In this document: positions 23,572 through 35,523 of the stretch, one piece after another
Layout of the letters: every line of letters starts with the position of its first letter
Numbering within the stretch: the first letter of the stretch is position 1
Assembly (NCBI GenBank): GCA_002633005.1
Contig: NMRA01000268.1
Coordinates: 192,585-256,584 of the forward strand
Direction: 5' to 3'
Source: Phoronis australis
Lineage: Eukaryota > Animalia > Phoronida
DNA: 64,000 bases
Position numbers and translations under genes: made by a program
Notes under the pieces: generated by a model
What the model was told of the DNA's origin: nothing
Seen by the model: the letters and a program-made list of their open reading frames with translations, nothing else
Databases searched by the model: none

Positions 23572-26500
23572 TTTAGGTAACCCAAATGATCGAGCCCAAT
23601 AAATTTTGCCGTCTTACACGCGAATTCACTCCAGCAGGCTACTACACAGCAACTGTGAAATACAGCCTCTACCATTGTATAGGATTGGATTTACTTTCGT
23701 GCATTTCACGGCATATTTCACGACATACTGAATGACCGTATTTACACATATGTGGGATACGAAACAATATATTACATATGTCATGTTTTATCTATTGCAG
23801 AAAACATTACAGTTACAATGCTAATGACAAATTATTTTCACTGTCAATCAATAATAGGTACACACATAGTTAGTAGAAGGCCCCGGGTTCGAGTTCCGTT
23901 CCTGGGCAGAAATCTTTTACACCTGTGTTCATTAGGTCACGCGATGTGGCCAACAGGCGGCGTGCTGACCAGACTTAGAAATGTTTGCAAAATAAGTACA
24001 ACGTCACTTGCCAGAAGTTTAGAAGCCTAACCTCATTCAAATTTGCATAGTAGTCCGGATAGAGTAAATAATTTGTCGAATAAAAGTAGCAGTATGACGC
24101 TTTTGAATTTTCGTTATTTGTATTTCATATTATGTTCACCTCCAATGTCAACTGCAAACAAAGAGCACCATTGGTTGACACGGGTAGCACTGGTATTTTG
24201 ACTGCACTTTATTTCATGCATTAAGCAGTTAATAAAATATTAACTAAAACCAGTGCGCCTTTATTATTTTCTTTACCAAACACTTTACTCCTTTGCCAAG
24301 TTTTACACAACAATTTTTGAAATAATATTTATGAAATGGTTGTTAGTGGCTTTTAGTGTTGGTGTTGTTGTTTCGTTGGTGGTCTTGGTGGTGGTGGTTG
24401 TGGTGATGGTGGCGGTGGCGATGGTGGTGATGCTGCTGCTGTTGCTCCTGCTGCTGCTGTGGTCCTTACCGTGCCGCACTCACGAGCCTTTCTTACAAAT
24501 TAGATTCATATCAACTCACTTCAGCAGTTACATGTTGAATGCTCACGATGCAGAATTGTCTAAACGAAAATGGGAGATAGTGGAATTTTTAACCAAACAA
24601 GTTATCAATCAATGAATGACAGGATTTATTTTTATTGTTTTTTTTTGAATATTTAGCGATATTAATATTTTTGCAGGTGGTCGNTGTTGTTTCGTTGGTG
24701 GTCTTGGTGGTGGTGGTTGTGGTGATGGTGGCTGTGGCGATGGTGGTGGTGGTGGTGGTGGTGGCGGTGGTGGTGATGCTGCTGCTGTTGCTCCTGCTGC
24801 TGCTGTGGCCCTTACCGTGCCGCACTCACGAGCCTTTCTTACAAATTAGATTCATATCAACTCATTTCAGCAGTTACGTGTTGAATGCTCACGATGCAGA
24901 ATTGTCTAAACGAAAATGGGAGATAGTGGAATTTTTAACCAAACAAGTTATCAATCAATGAATGACAGGATTTATTTTTATTGGTTTTTTTTTGAATATT
25001 TAGCGATATTAATATTTTTGCAGGTGGTCGAAACTGAATTTTGTCTTCGCAGTAATATTCATGCGCGTGGTTATGAAAAAATCAAATCACACGGCAACAG
25101 AAAAGCGATGCTATCGGTTTTACGACCAAAAACGCATTTCAGGATTATTTTGGATGAGATATTCTTCTTGAAGTTACAAGCGTTGACCATAGCTATAAAC
25201 CAGATTCACTATTTTAACTCTAGATTTTTTTATACTTTCTTTGTTAAGAACGCAGTATACATATATTTCGGTAGCGGTCCTTCGTTAACACAAACTTAGT
25301 TAAAAACACGACTGGAGCTATTGTTTGACAGCTTAATACCTACTCGCTCGTACTGCCTAAACAGTCTCCTTTCTTCATGGTTGTGGCTATGTAGCAAAAC
25401 ACCGAGAGACATAACAGAGAAACAAATGAAAAGAACTGTTATATTTCGAGATCCCATGTCTCATCATCAGGCAATGAGTCAGAAATGAACATACAGGAAG
25501 CGAAATAAACATTGAAATACACGTGACAACAGGTAGAGGGGCATACAAGCAGAGAGTGTGTATCACACGGCAGAAAGCCCACAAACCTAACAAAACAAAG
25601 CCAGCGTACGGTACACACCTGTGAGCTGCTCATTCAGCACAGGTTTTTCGTAACTGATCAATAGGGATTCCAAAAACTTTAACCGAAATATGTCATTTTC
25701 AACATAGTAAATAATGATATTGGTCTACTTTTTCTTACCTAGTTATTTTTAGGCCATGGTCAGAAAAAATGATCTTGAATGGACCCGCCCTGCAAGTTTA
25801 TGGACAACCGTCGGGAGAGGGAACACACCGTGTGTCCAATGTAACGCTGTTTACGAGAATGAGGGCGAAGATATTCGTCCGTATGGCATGTGAATTGGTA
25901 AACAACATTACATCTGGTCACTGGTCTTAATCTTGCACGACTGGGGTTGTTTTTACATGACAAAATGGCGTGACTTGATATTGTGATAATAAATAATTAC
26001 ATTCAATCTGTCACCAGATTTGACCACCTTAACGTTATCTCTTACGATCTTCTTAAACACATATTCGTCACTCAGATAGTTCTTATAATATACGTTCTTA
26101 GTGGTGCTAGTACGATGTTCAATGTCAACATGAGAGTCAATCCTAGATATGAAGAACTTAACGTGGTTATCAACAAAAGAATTAGTACAACCATTGTTAA
26201 CTAGAACCTGTTTTATGCATTGAATTTCAACGACGAATGCTTGCCAATGAATCAGATGATATCCAGTGCGCCCTCTTCAGATAACCAGTCAAAACTGCTG
26301 GGTTGTAGCGTTCAGGGTAATCACTTTCAGCATGTAAACCGGCACCAATATCTGTGGATTTATGATAAACTGAAGTACGAAACCCACTGTAAGAATAATG
26401 TACAAGGACATCGAGAAAAGGCAACTTTTCACAAACAGGCAATTCATACGTGAACTTTAATACAGAATTGTATTCAAGCCAATTTTGAAGGGACAACATT

Positions 26501-26940
26501 TCATCTCGCGAATAATATACAAAGATATCATCGACGTAGTGGACATAGATGGGGATTCTGCCGCTATGCTGAGCGACCCGTTTTTCCAATGACCGTAAAA
26601 TTCAGAGATAAGGTTAAGGTGGTCAAACCTGGAGATAGATTGAATGTAATTATTTATTATCAGAATATAAAGTCACATCGCCTTGTCATAAAAAATAACT
26701 CCAACAGGGAAAGGTTACGACCAGTGGCCAGATGTAACGTCATTAGGACGAATCTCTTTGGCCTCATTTTCGTGAACAGCGTTAAATTGGACTCGCGGTG
26801 TGTTCCTTCTCCTGACGGTTATCCACGGCATGCACTTGCAGGCCAGGTCCATTCAAGATCATTTTTTGTACCAACGTGGCCGAAAAATAACTAGGCAAGA
26901 AATAGTAGACAATACCATGATTCACTATGCTGAAAGTGAC
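23572..26940. repeat. Segmental duplicate of 1-189 + 4234-6357 (empty-site version)
   Basis: Direct alignment by eye; lacks the 4-kb insertion; contains an internal N-join duplication at 24684. Confidence 0.9.
25434..25478 (-). ncRNA. Minimal type I hammerhead ribozyme core (PLE-associated), possibly degenerate
   Basis: Minus strand CUCAUUGC-CUGAUGA-U-GAGA-CAUGGGA-UCUC-GAAA-UAUA-ACAG: conserved CUGAnGA and GAAA boxes around a 4-bp stem II, in the PLE 3' region. Confidence 0.65.
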
Positions 26941-27145
26941 ACATTTCGGTTAAAGATTTTGAAACCCCTATTGATCAGTCACGAAAAAACTTTGCTGAAT
27001 GAACATCTCACAGAGGTGTGTCGCCTGCTGGCTGTGTTTTGTTAGGCTTGTGAGCTTTCTGCCGTGTGATACATTCACACTCTCTGCTTGTATGCCCCTC
27101 TCTACCTGCTGTCACGTGTATTTCGCTTCGTACATGTTCATTTCA

Positions 27146-27190
27146 CTCATTGCCTGATGATGAGAAATGCGGCCTCGAAATATGGCTAGC
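27146..27190 (+). ncRNA. Minimal type I hammerhead ribozyme core, second (inverted-arm) copy
   Basis: CUCAUUGC-CUGAUGA-U-GAG-AAAUGCGGC-CUC-GAAA-UAUGGC. Confidence 0.55.
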
Positions 27191-30100
27191 CGTTTAATTT
27201 GTTTTTCTGTTATGTCTCTCGGTGTTTTGCTACATAGCCACACCCCTAAAGAAAGGATATTGTTTAGACACTACGAGAGAGTCCGTATTGAGCTGTCAAG
27301 CAAAGAGTACAGTCGTGTTTTCAACGATGTTTGAGTTTATTATTGAAAACGTTCTTTGCCGTTAAAACGTTTATCTCCTAGAAAATGTACAGTGTTCATC
27401 ACTAGAGTTGGGTAATAGAAAATATAATAGTTTTTAGTAGAGACAATGCATGTTCAGAAATGAAAATCCTGCCTGATTGTAAAAAACACAGGGGATCCCG
27501 TTTACATCAGTGACTACAAAAGTTAGATGCCCTGGTGGCCGCACCGCCCTAGGGATGATGTTACGCGATTACCCGCCTACCTGAAGCTAATTTTTGTTAT
27601 AGTGTGGTGTTCATTAACTAGCAAATATTAGAACGTTGCTTTGTTGATGGCAACAAACAAACTCGTTGGTAATAGACACAATAAAACTAATAGTGATAAA
27701 TACATCTTTCTGGCTCGTCATAAGAAGACACCATCCATCTACATAGAAGGCACTTTTCGATGCATGGTTGGCAAATTGCTCAGACGGACGGCTTTGTCCG
27801 CACTTTTGATTTCGTATGTTTCAGGTTTAGCGGCGTATGATCACGTGATTGACATAATCGGCCCTCGTTTTGTTTTAGTTTTAAAACTACCGTATTCCTT
27901 TGCTTCTGGCTAACACTGCACTTAGTTTAATAAGTTTTTCGCAAATGATTCAAGACGGCCGTAAATCATAAAATTAATTTTAGTTCTTGAGAAATATGGC
28001 TTCTACTAATTGTTAAGCATATTGATTACTTTACGGTCAGGCTGATTATCATCAGTAATAACATCGACCAAGGATTTGTTTGTTTGGGCAACGATCACTA
28101 GGGGACGTTTGTTGAAATATACAGAGCCGCTGAAACAAAGTATTGACTAATGGACATGAAATTTAGGGCAAAATCCAGTTTTGTGATAAGGCGACAATTT
28201 ATTATGAAAGACTCTAAGTTCACAATACAGTACCCTCGTATGGAAGACCGTGTCCCAACTCTTTTGGGTTCNGAGATCGACCAAGGTGTGTACGATTCTC
28301 CTGTAGAAGAAGTAAACGTGGTACGTGGTCGTCGATTTTTCTACGACCAGTTTCCATAAAGTGAAAGGGTGCCTTTTTCGACAACATTTCGTGCCAAATG
28401 TGCCTGGAAAAAGGTTAGGTATTTCCAACTACAGAACGGTAGCTATACTCATTTTGGACAGCATGACATCTCTTTATAAGCTGTTTCAGACTTATGAGTT
28501 TGAAAAACAGCTGACCAAGAATCCCTACGAAACGGTTAATTTTATGGTATTAATCCTTGAAGAGGTATTTCTGAAACAAATCTCTAGGAAAGGTGGCTTT
28601 TTCATAAAAGCTCCCATTCTCTTTGTATCCTTATTCTCCAACTGCATTCCATCAAAAGTATAGTCAAGTACCTCCCCCCCCCCCGTAGTATAAGTATGCC
28701 TATGACTCGATAGTTGTTATCATATATCCCGCATATCCCATAAATCTCCTTTAGAACAAATGAAACTCCATTAAAGAGCTTTGATGGGTTATTCTATGAC
28801 ACGATAGACAGACGAGCTCGCGGGTAAAATATCACTGACAAAAGCGTAGGCAGAAGTGTTTTACATGGGGGCAAAAGCAAAATTGTTAGCTACCAGGAGG
28901 TTCTGTAGCTATCAGGAGGACTTATGTGGGATGAATAGGGGTCCAAACGTTGAATTGAAGAGATTGCCTAAATGGGACCACAGGCTTTGCACTCCATTCC
29001 GGCGTGTGCCCACAAGTGCATTCAATAAGAACAATCAGGCTACTTTCGAGCGAGTTTGGCAGGATCACGCGTCTCTGAGATGTTGCAACGCATAATTGCG
29101 CTGGCTTTCAGTCCCGAATAGCAAGCGTTACTGAACGTGCACTAGATGTTTCGACGATTCGTTTCCATCGGCGATGGAGTGGCGTTTTGTGGATTGCTAG
29201 TGCATCCCACAACTTTTTAAAAGTTTTATCTGTTACCAATCCGTTCATAAAGTGGTTTCAACATGCTTCTTTCTTAAATGAAAAAATGTTTTCCGGGCTT
29301 ATGAAGAAACGGTCGCTTGTTATTTTTTCAGACCGTGCTAGGCGCATAAAATGACCCGCCTTGACAGCCATCTTACTGTGTCTGGTCTCGCCGATAACTA
29401 TTAGATAGCCGATTGACGCTTTTCGATCCCCAATCCCAGAAGTTACTTCAAATACGAGTACGGATCAAATTGTGATTAGTTTTATAACGGTTAATGGCCT
29501 GATTCAAAAATATGTTTTTGACTGAAGGCAGGTGTATGGCAGTTTTAAAGTTGATGGGTCTGAGTTTGGCGCATAACCTTGCTATATCTCAAATCAAACG
29601 GAAATTTTCGCATTTTATGCGTAGACATTAATCATGGTCATTGATTCATGTCCAGAAATATGTAAAACCGCGTGTACTTGAATTGCAAGTGTTATTTTAC
29701 AAAGACCTCGTTCATTTTTTTCGTATTGTTTTAGAATACAAAGACACAAGAAGTATGAAATGCAAAAAAAAATCGGTTCAACTTGAATTTTAGCCGTTTT
29801 ATTAGCCAAGCAATTTCTGTGCATTATACGGACTGCAGGTCATTCATTGGTCTACTACAGTATTGCAAGGAAACCATGAAAAGTCACGGTTGGCTACTTC
29901 TTTTGTCAATAACGCAAATGCGAACACATGTTTTATGGCACTATCTACTGGCTCTATTGAACAAAAGGTTGTCTTTATGTATATAACATATAAAGAAACA
30001 AGTCATGCATTTCCGTGTTCGTCGACGATGCCATGAACGCCGTCCTATTGTAATTACACTTTTTAAATTGTAATGATTCTTCCAATAGCTAAAAAGACTA

Positions 30101-31406
30101 CCGCAGTAATGCCTATAAATGAGAGTGCAAATACAAAGTTCAATCAACATTTCGTATTCATCTTTATATTTCCCTTCTGAAAATTTTGTATGCAAAGGCG
30201 GATTCAGCTTTTTACGAAACGGGATGTCCAAAAAGAGTGACATGTTTCCGAAGAGAATTCCACATTACAAACAATGAGCAGAAAACCGGGAACGGAATTT
30301 AGTGGCGTGATTTCTGTGTCAAGCCGTTTATACAAACGGAAAATAGAAATCGTCTATTCTTCCCGGGGTTTTTGTTTGCCGCCTTGGCTAAAAAGAGAGA
30401 TACCTCCTCTGGAACTGTCCTTGTGTATGGAACTGTCTAAGTCATGAAAAGTGTTAGCTTTTAAAACTAAGTGATGACATAAAGTTTAGCCGTAATCTGT
30501 AAAAAATGTTAAGCTGATGTTTTTGTGAGTGCAAACATTTACGGGCAAGAAAATGGAAAATTCCGACATGTCAATCAAGTTTAGTAATTCCTGCCAATCA
30601 GGGCGTGGTAAAATGTAAACACTCAGTGGGCAGATCGACGATTTATAGAGAGCGAACAAAGAAAGGTGTTTGCTAAATACAAAAGTATGAGATAGACTCC
30701 TCATGAACAACTGAATATACGTCAGAATAAACAAGCCCACAGTGATATAAATTTTCCATTCTAACGTGTCGCAAATATTTTTTCCATTACTAGTATCTCA
30801 TGTGAGCAATACTTACGATTTTTTATTTCCTGCCACCACTTTTAAGCGTTAAGACACCGGCTAATCGCGTGAAGACAGTTTGTTCTTCGTCATCAGCCAC
30901 GCAGTATTTAACTCGCGCATACTGAATCGTATCTGCACCAAACTTAAAGTCAGATCGTGCAAGGCGACTATAGTGGGGGTTACTCAACTGTGTGAGCTGA
31001 TCTGACACGTTGAGGCAACTCAAATGATAAGCGTGGGTGAGCAATTCATGAATGGGCTCAAAATTTTGAAATCGTAAGTGCCAAATTCTTCCCAGGTCTC
31101 TTTCTGGTTGGATGGCTTCAAGGCTACAACAGTTTCAGTGAAATATCGGGAACATATCGAAAGGAATGTGTTCGATTATTAGGTATGCGTATTTCCTTTG
31201 CGATTTTGTGACTATGGGGGCGTGGCCTAAATACGTTTGTCGCAACTAATCATTGAACTATGAGATGGACTGTTTTATACATTCAGGTCATTTTTAAAAG
31301 TTATCAGAAAAAGATAATCCAAGTTGTTCTAGCGTGTTTTTCTAATTGTAGTACGGTTCAAGGCCTGCGCGCAATTCATCAATTAAAAATAGTCATTGTT
31401 TTTCAG

Positions 31407-31647
31407 CTTAAGATCACAAATGGATCGGTAAAAGCAATTTATATGAACCCATCACTTCGCATGTCCGGGAATTCCAGAGAAAACAAAGGGATTCATATTC
31501 AAGCTGAGGCTGAAATCGTTGTGTACGCAGTGAACAAAGACCTACTTTCGGCGGACGGATTTGTCGTACTTCCAGTCGACGTCCTGGGAACGGAATACAC
31601 TGCGGCGTCATGGAAGCTGACGAGAACAAATAGACCGGCACTGATAG
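31407..31647 (+). CDS. IgGFc-binding-domain (FCGBP N-terminal-like) membrane mucin, first recognisable coding exon
   Basis: TTTTTCAG acceptor; LKITNG..RMSGNSRENKGIHIQAEAEIVVYAVNK..SADGFVVLPVDVLGTEY, typical of the IgGFc_binding region; ends at a GC donor (G|GCAAGG). Confidence 0.85.
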
Positions 31648-31992
31648 GCAAGGAATGATTTGCGTCAGATGACTAGATTAAAGTTTTATAAATTTATGAG
31701 CAAATATGGCAGTTATAACGAATCAATATTGAAGTGGTATCGTTAGACCACTCTAGAATAATGAACGTGTACATTCTCGTTGCAGTGTTGATTCTACCAT
31801 TTACTTTCGTGCTGAAGCACTTTAGACTGATCATTAGCTAATGCTAATTTCTTGCCGGTAATCGTTTTTATGCATCTAGATTTTGTCATTAAGTAAGCTT
31901 AGACGCACGATGTATTTCCTGAAAAACTCGACCGTGCCAGCTCTTTCGTCTGTTAATTGGTCCAAAGCCACACTACCTCATGGTTATTGTAG

Positions 31993-32116
31993 GTGTTGTT
32001 GCTGCACAAGACAACACGTTGGTCAACTTCACGTTTCCGACCGGACGTGACGTCAATGTCACCTGGTCTGGTACTTCGTATGGTGCAGGAGACACGCTGG
32101 GAGTTACCTGTAACAG
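31993..32116 (+). CDS. IgGFc-binding-domain protein, exon
   Basis: TAG acceptor, GTAAAA donor; (G)VVAAQDNTLVNFTFPTGRDVNVTWSGTSYGAGDTLGVTCN(R); phases 1/2 fit neighbouring exons. Confidence 0.85.
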
Positions 32117-33839
32117 GTAAAATGTGAGGTCAAAAGTTTACGAAATACAGAAGTAGTCGGTAATGTATTATTTGAATTTTTATGTAGATACATGGAAGCT
32201 ATGTCGATATTTGTGGCAAATTCTTTGCCAAGGCATGACCACTTAACAAAAGGATATTGTGTCTTCTCTGGAATCTTTCTCTTCAGCAATTTCAATGTAC
32301 ATGTGCATTAATCGATAAGAACGAGATGCGAATCCCATCTTATTTACCCGCCGGTCATGTTTTAACAATTAGGTTTCTTCTTCATGAATAAATACTGGTG
32401 TTTTCTTTATATATTTTCAACAATTTAAGTGCAAGTGATGTTTAGGGTCCTTGAAATACAAAATAAATGTTAACCAGTCGCCAGACAGACTGTCAGTCGT
32501 TCCCACTAAACCACGTGATGGAGCTTTCAATTCTGTTGGCAAACTTAGAAAATATCCGCAAGTAATCAAGTGTGTTTATACGACAGGCCGGACGATTTTG
32601 AACATTCTGTCTCTTTAAGCAGCTATTACGATTCTAGGGCGACAGCTGGCCAACGAATATTAAGTCAATCCTCTCAAACTTTTACGCTGGCGTTAAAGCC
32701 TTTTGGGAGAAGATTTGGTGTTTTGAAGCCAGAGAATCAGCACTTTCAGTCGTGGGACAAAAGCCAGGGACAGTGGTGTCTTCTTTCCATGAAAATGTGA
32801 ACCCAGCGCACTTAAAACTGGTTTATAATAAACACTGCTTATTGTAATGAAAATCTTGATTGATTGTTTCAACATTGAGGAACTTTTCACATGTGGGCTT
32901 TAAGCTCTTTTTTCGAAAATTTTGAGAAGATACGCGCACAGTTGGCAAAATCGGACATTCCAAAATGGCTCTTATTACCCAATCCATTATTAATGAATTT
33001 ATTGGAACCCCTAATTTAGCAGAATTAATCCAAATTCGAACTTTCTGATTGATTGCAACTAAAATGTAAAAGGTGAAATTCACATTTAAGGAATGTAGTA
33101 AGGATGTACCCAGTCTCTTAAACTTTGTTTACAACCGTGGGTCATCATCCGGGGAGCATTTGCCTACTTTTCCAGGCTATTCTATGTACAACTTAGATAT
33201 ATTTACATTTTGATGGAAATTTATTAAAGAAATCAATACATAAGCCTAACTGGGGCTGGGTACTTTCTTACACATGTTTTTCATATCTGTTATTGTTTGA
33301 AATAATTGTACTTGTACTTGTAATAAATACAATACAATACACCTCGTAGGTTACATCGACAATGTTCACATTCAAAACTAGCCGTGTAGTCGCCGGCATG
33401 CTCAAATCCATCAGAGTCATTTTCCACAATATTTCTGGGAAAAGGAATAAATTCTGTTCTCCCAGTTAAAAGGATCGGTAAATTTGTTGTCTCATTTACA
33501 CAAATCAATGGCTATTGACATATTTTATTCACTTTGCCTCAAACCCACCTGCGCTCCCATGTGTCCTATTGTGAAGAAATGTGTTGCTAGTCGTTCGTTC
33601 ACTTCACCTGACTACACTCCTGCGTCCTTTGGTCAAAACGCTACTTCGATTCACACCTGACGACTGGTTAATTGGATGAGACGAATATTGCAAGTGTGCA
33701 TCAGAGTTTGTCAAAGTTGTACTCTGGATAAAAAAATACAGTCGTAAACAATGAAAATCCGAGTTATACATCAAACTGTGAATTCCGTGGGCTAAAACAA
33801 TTATATGTATTGAATATTTAACTATGTAACTATTTCCAG

Positions 33840-33963
33840 ATTCCAGACAATTCAAATCACAAGTGATGCTGACCTTACTGGAACTATTGTCACCTCCAGC
33901 AAACCCATTGCTCTGAACGGAGGAAACAAGCAAGCCAGTATATATGGGCTTCCTACGTACGTG
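33840..33963 (+). CDS. IgGFc-binding-domain protein, exon
   Basis: CAG acceptor, GTAAGC donor; FQTIQITSDADLTGTIVTSSKPIALNGGNKQA (DLTGT..S.KP motif). Confidence 0.88.
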
Positions 33964-34070
33964 GTAAGCGCCTAACTGGGGTGCGTTCTGATTGTAACAT
34001 GAATCTCGTGAAAAAGCAAGACCACTCAAAATCACGAATGTTTCGCGAGTGTGCTAGGGACCTTACTAAT

Positions 34071-34556
34071 CAGCCTCGTCTCCAAGCCTCTAGATGTCGC
34101 TGATCGGTTTAGCCATTTGGGTCTTGGTTATGGGGAATAGCTTCTGCACAATGATTGTCCATTGCCTTGACGTCATTAAAACAAAGGCAAATTCTAATTA
34201 TTTTCACAGGCGTTCTTGCTGCCATTCATGAAGCAGAAGGGATTGTTATTGTTATTTTTTGAAATAAAGGTTGGCGTACTTATTTTCAATATTTTTTATT
34301 AATAAATTAATCTGTTTTCGAATCAAAATACATCATTTTTGTAATAATTAAGACTTAAATTGCTGCAACGTACCGTACGTTTTCATTTTTATAGTGTACT
34401 GCAGAAAATTTAAAGTTAATATAACTTTGTATTGCTCGTGATATTCCGGTGATTTCTGTAAAAATGTGTCAGAATTCTGACACATTTCGATTCCGGTAAC
34501 CAAGCCTCAAATGGCTAAACCGATCAGCGCCATCTTGAGGCTTCGGGACGAGGCTG
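34071..34556. mobile_element. Intronic MITE, AcademH-like (long TSD)
   Basis: ~55-bp TIR CAGCCTCGTC..GCTGATCGGTTTAGCCATTTG / CAAATGGCTAAACCGATCAGC..GACGAGGCTG; flanks CCTTACTAAT (34061-34070) and CCTTACTAGT (34557-34566). Confidence 0.75.
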
Positions 34557-35387
34557 CCTTACTAGTGTACCACAGCATAATGAAGGCCACTGAATGAATA
34601 ATCGGTGCCCTTGGGATATTTTACCTGCATTTCGTCCCCGTTTAGCTGTCAAAGTTAAATTCTTAAACGAGGCGCTTTTCAGTTTAAAAACATTACCGCG
34701 CTCATTCGAATATTAATTTTCGCGGAATGAACCAGCACTTCAAGTTTCAGACAATGCGTACATGCGCCGGTTTTTGAATCCGCAATTTAAGATTGACTAA
34801 GCCAATAAATTCTGAAGCGTTTTCTTGAGTAACGGAAATAGAATTCTATAGCGGTAAGGAATCTGGAGGCGGGTTTTATGAGAATAAAAGACTCGTTTTG
34901 AGCAAGCTTAACGGGGCGAAATGCAGATTCGGGATGGGATAGAATTCACGGCATCCATTCCATAAGCGACGCATTCTTACGGAACGCAGTCCTGGAATAT
35001 ATGTGCACTTCAGCTGAACTATTTTGAATTCGTCACGGTATAGCTGCCTAGGCATTTCATAGGAACCAGACTGAAGGGTGGCATCTAATTTGACACACCT
35101 TCTCAATATGAAAACGGCTTTCACTGCTTATCTGGTGACCAAGGTAGAGGAGTGGCATTCACCAACACTCATTACTCGAGAGTATGAAAGTTACTGAGAT
35201 CGCGTGCTTGTAACCATGACGCGAAATCCTGCATTATCTCGCCATGTTGCGCTCCCAACGCATCCTTGCTAACCGTAAAACGTTTTCTGTCATACAAAAA
35301 AGTTTGGCCGGGGACCAATGCTGCATGTTATGATCATATTTCTAGACGTTTGACTTACGAAAAATAATCGAACGTCTTCGTTTGTAG

Positions 35388-35523
35388 GACGAGAATGGGA
35401 AGACGTGGGAGTTGTCTGCTGACCATCTAGAAGAAATGTTTCTTCCGGTTTCTACCGTCGGCAAGCAATACGTTACCGCGCCCATTGCCATGCGAAGCAG
35501 TGGTGATGTATTCAGAATAGTAG
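35388..35523 (+). CDS. IgGFc-binding-domain protein, exon
   Basis: TAG acceptor, GTATGT donor; DENGKTWELSADHLEEMFLPVSTVGKQYVTAPIAMRSSGDVFRIV(G) (DHL.E..P...G..Y motif). Confidence 0.9.

Larger units (their letters stand above)
25290..27330. mobile_element. Penelope-like retroelement with inverted pLTR-like arms
   Basis: Minus strand 26589->25290 carries RT (YVDDIF..LKFTYELP..LPFLDVLV..TSVYHKST), linker, GIY-YIG (NVVYQFTC..YIGHT..GSIQDH) and a 3' region. Plus strand 26600-27330 is an inverted copy of the 3' part, e.g. GGCTATGTAGCAAAACACCGAGAGACATAACAG at ~25385 vs its reverse complement ending ~27239. Confidence 0.85.

Noticed and set aside
24253-25030. Val/Leu-rich 'membrane protein' ORFs and a tandem duplication
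   Set aside because: The ORFs are translations of (GTG)n/(CTG)n microsatellites. The two copies flank N 24684 and differ mainly in repeat length, as expected for two haplotypes.
29876-29986. MKSHGWLLLLSITQ as signal-peptide exon of the IgGFc gene
   Set aside because: Short hydrophobic core and no convincing phase-compatible donor.
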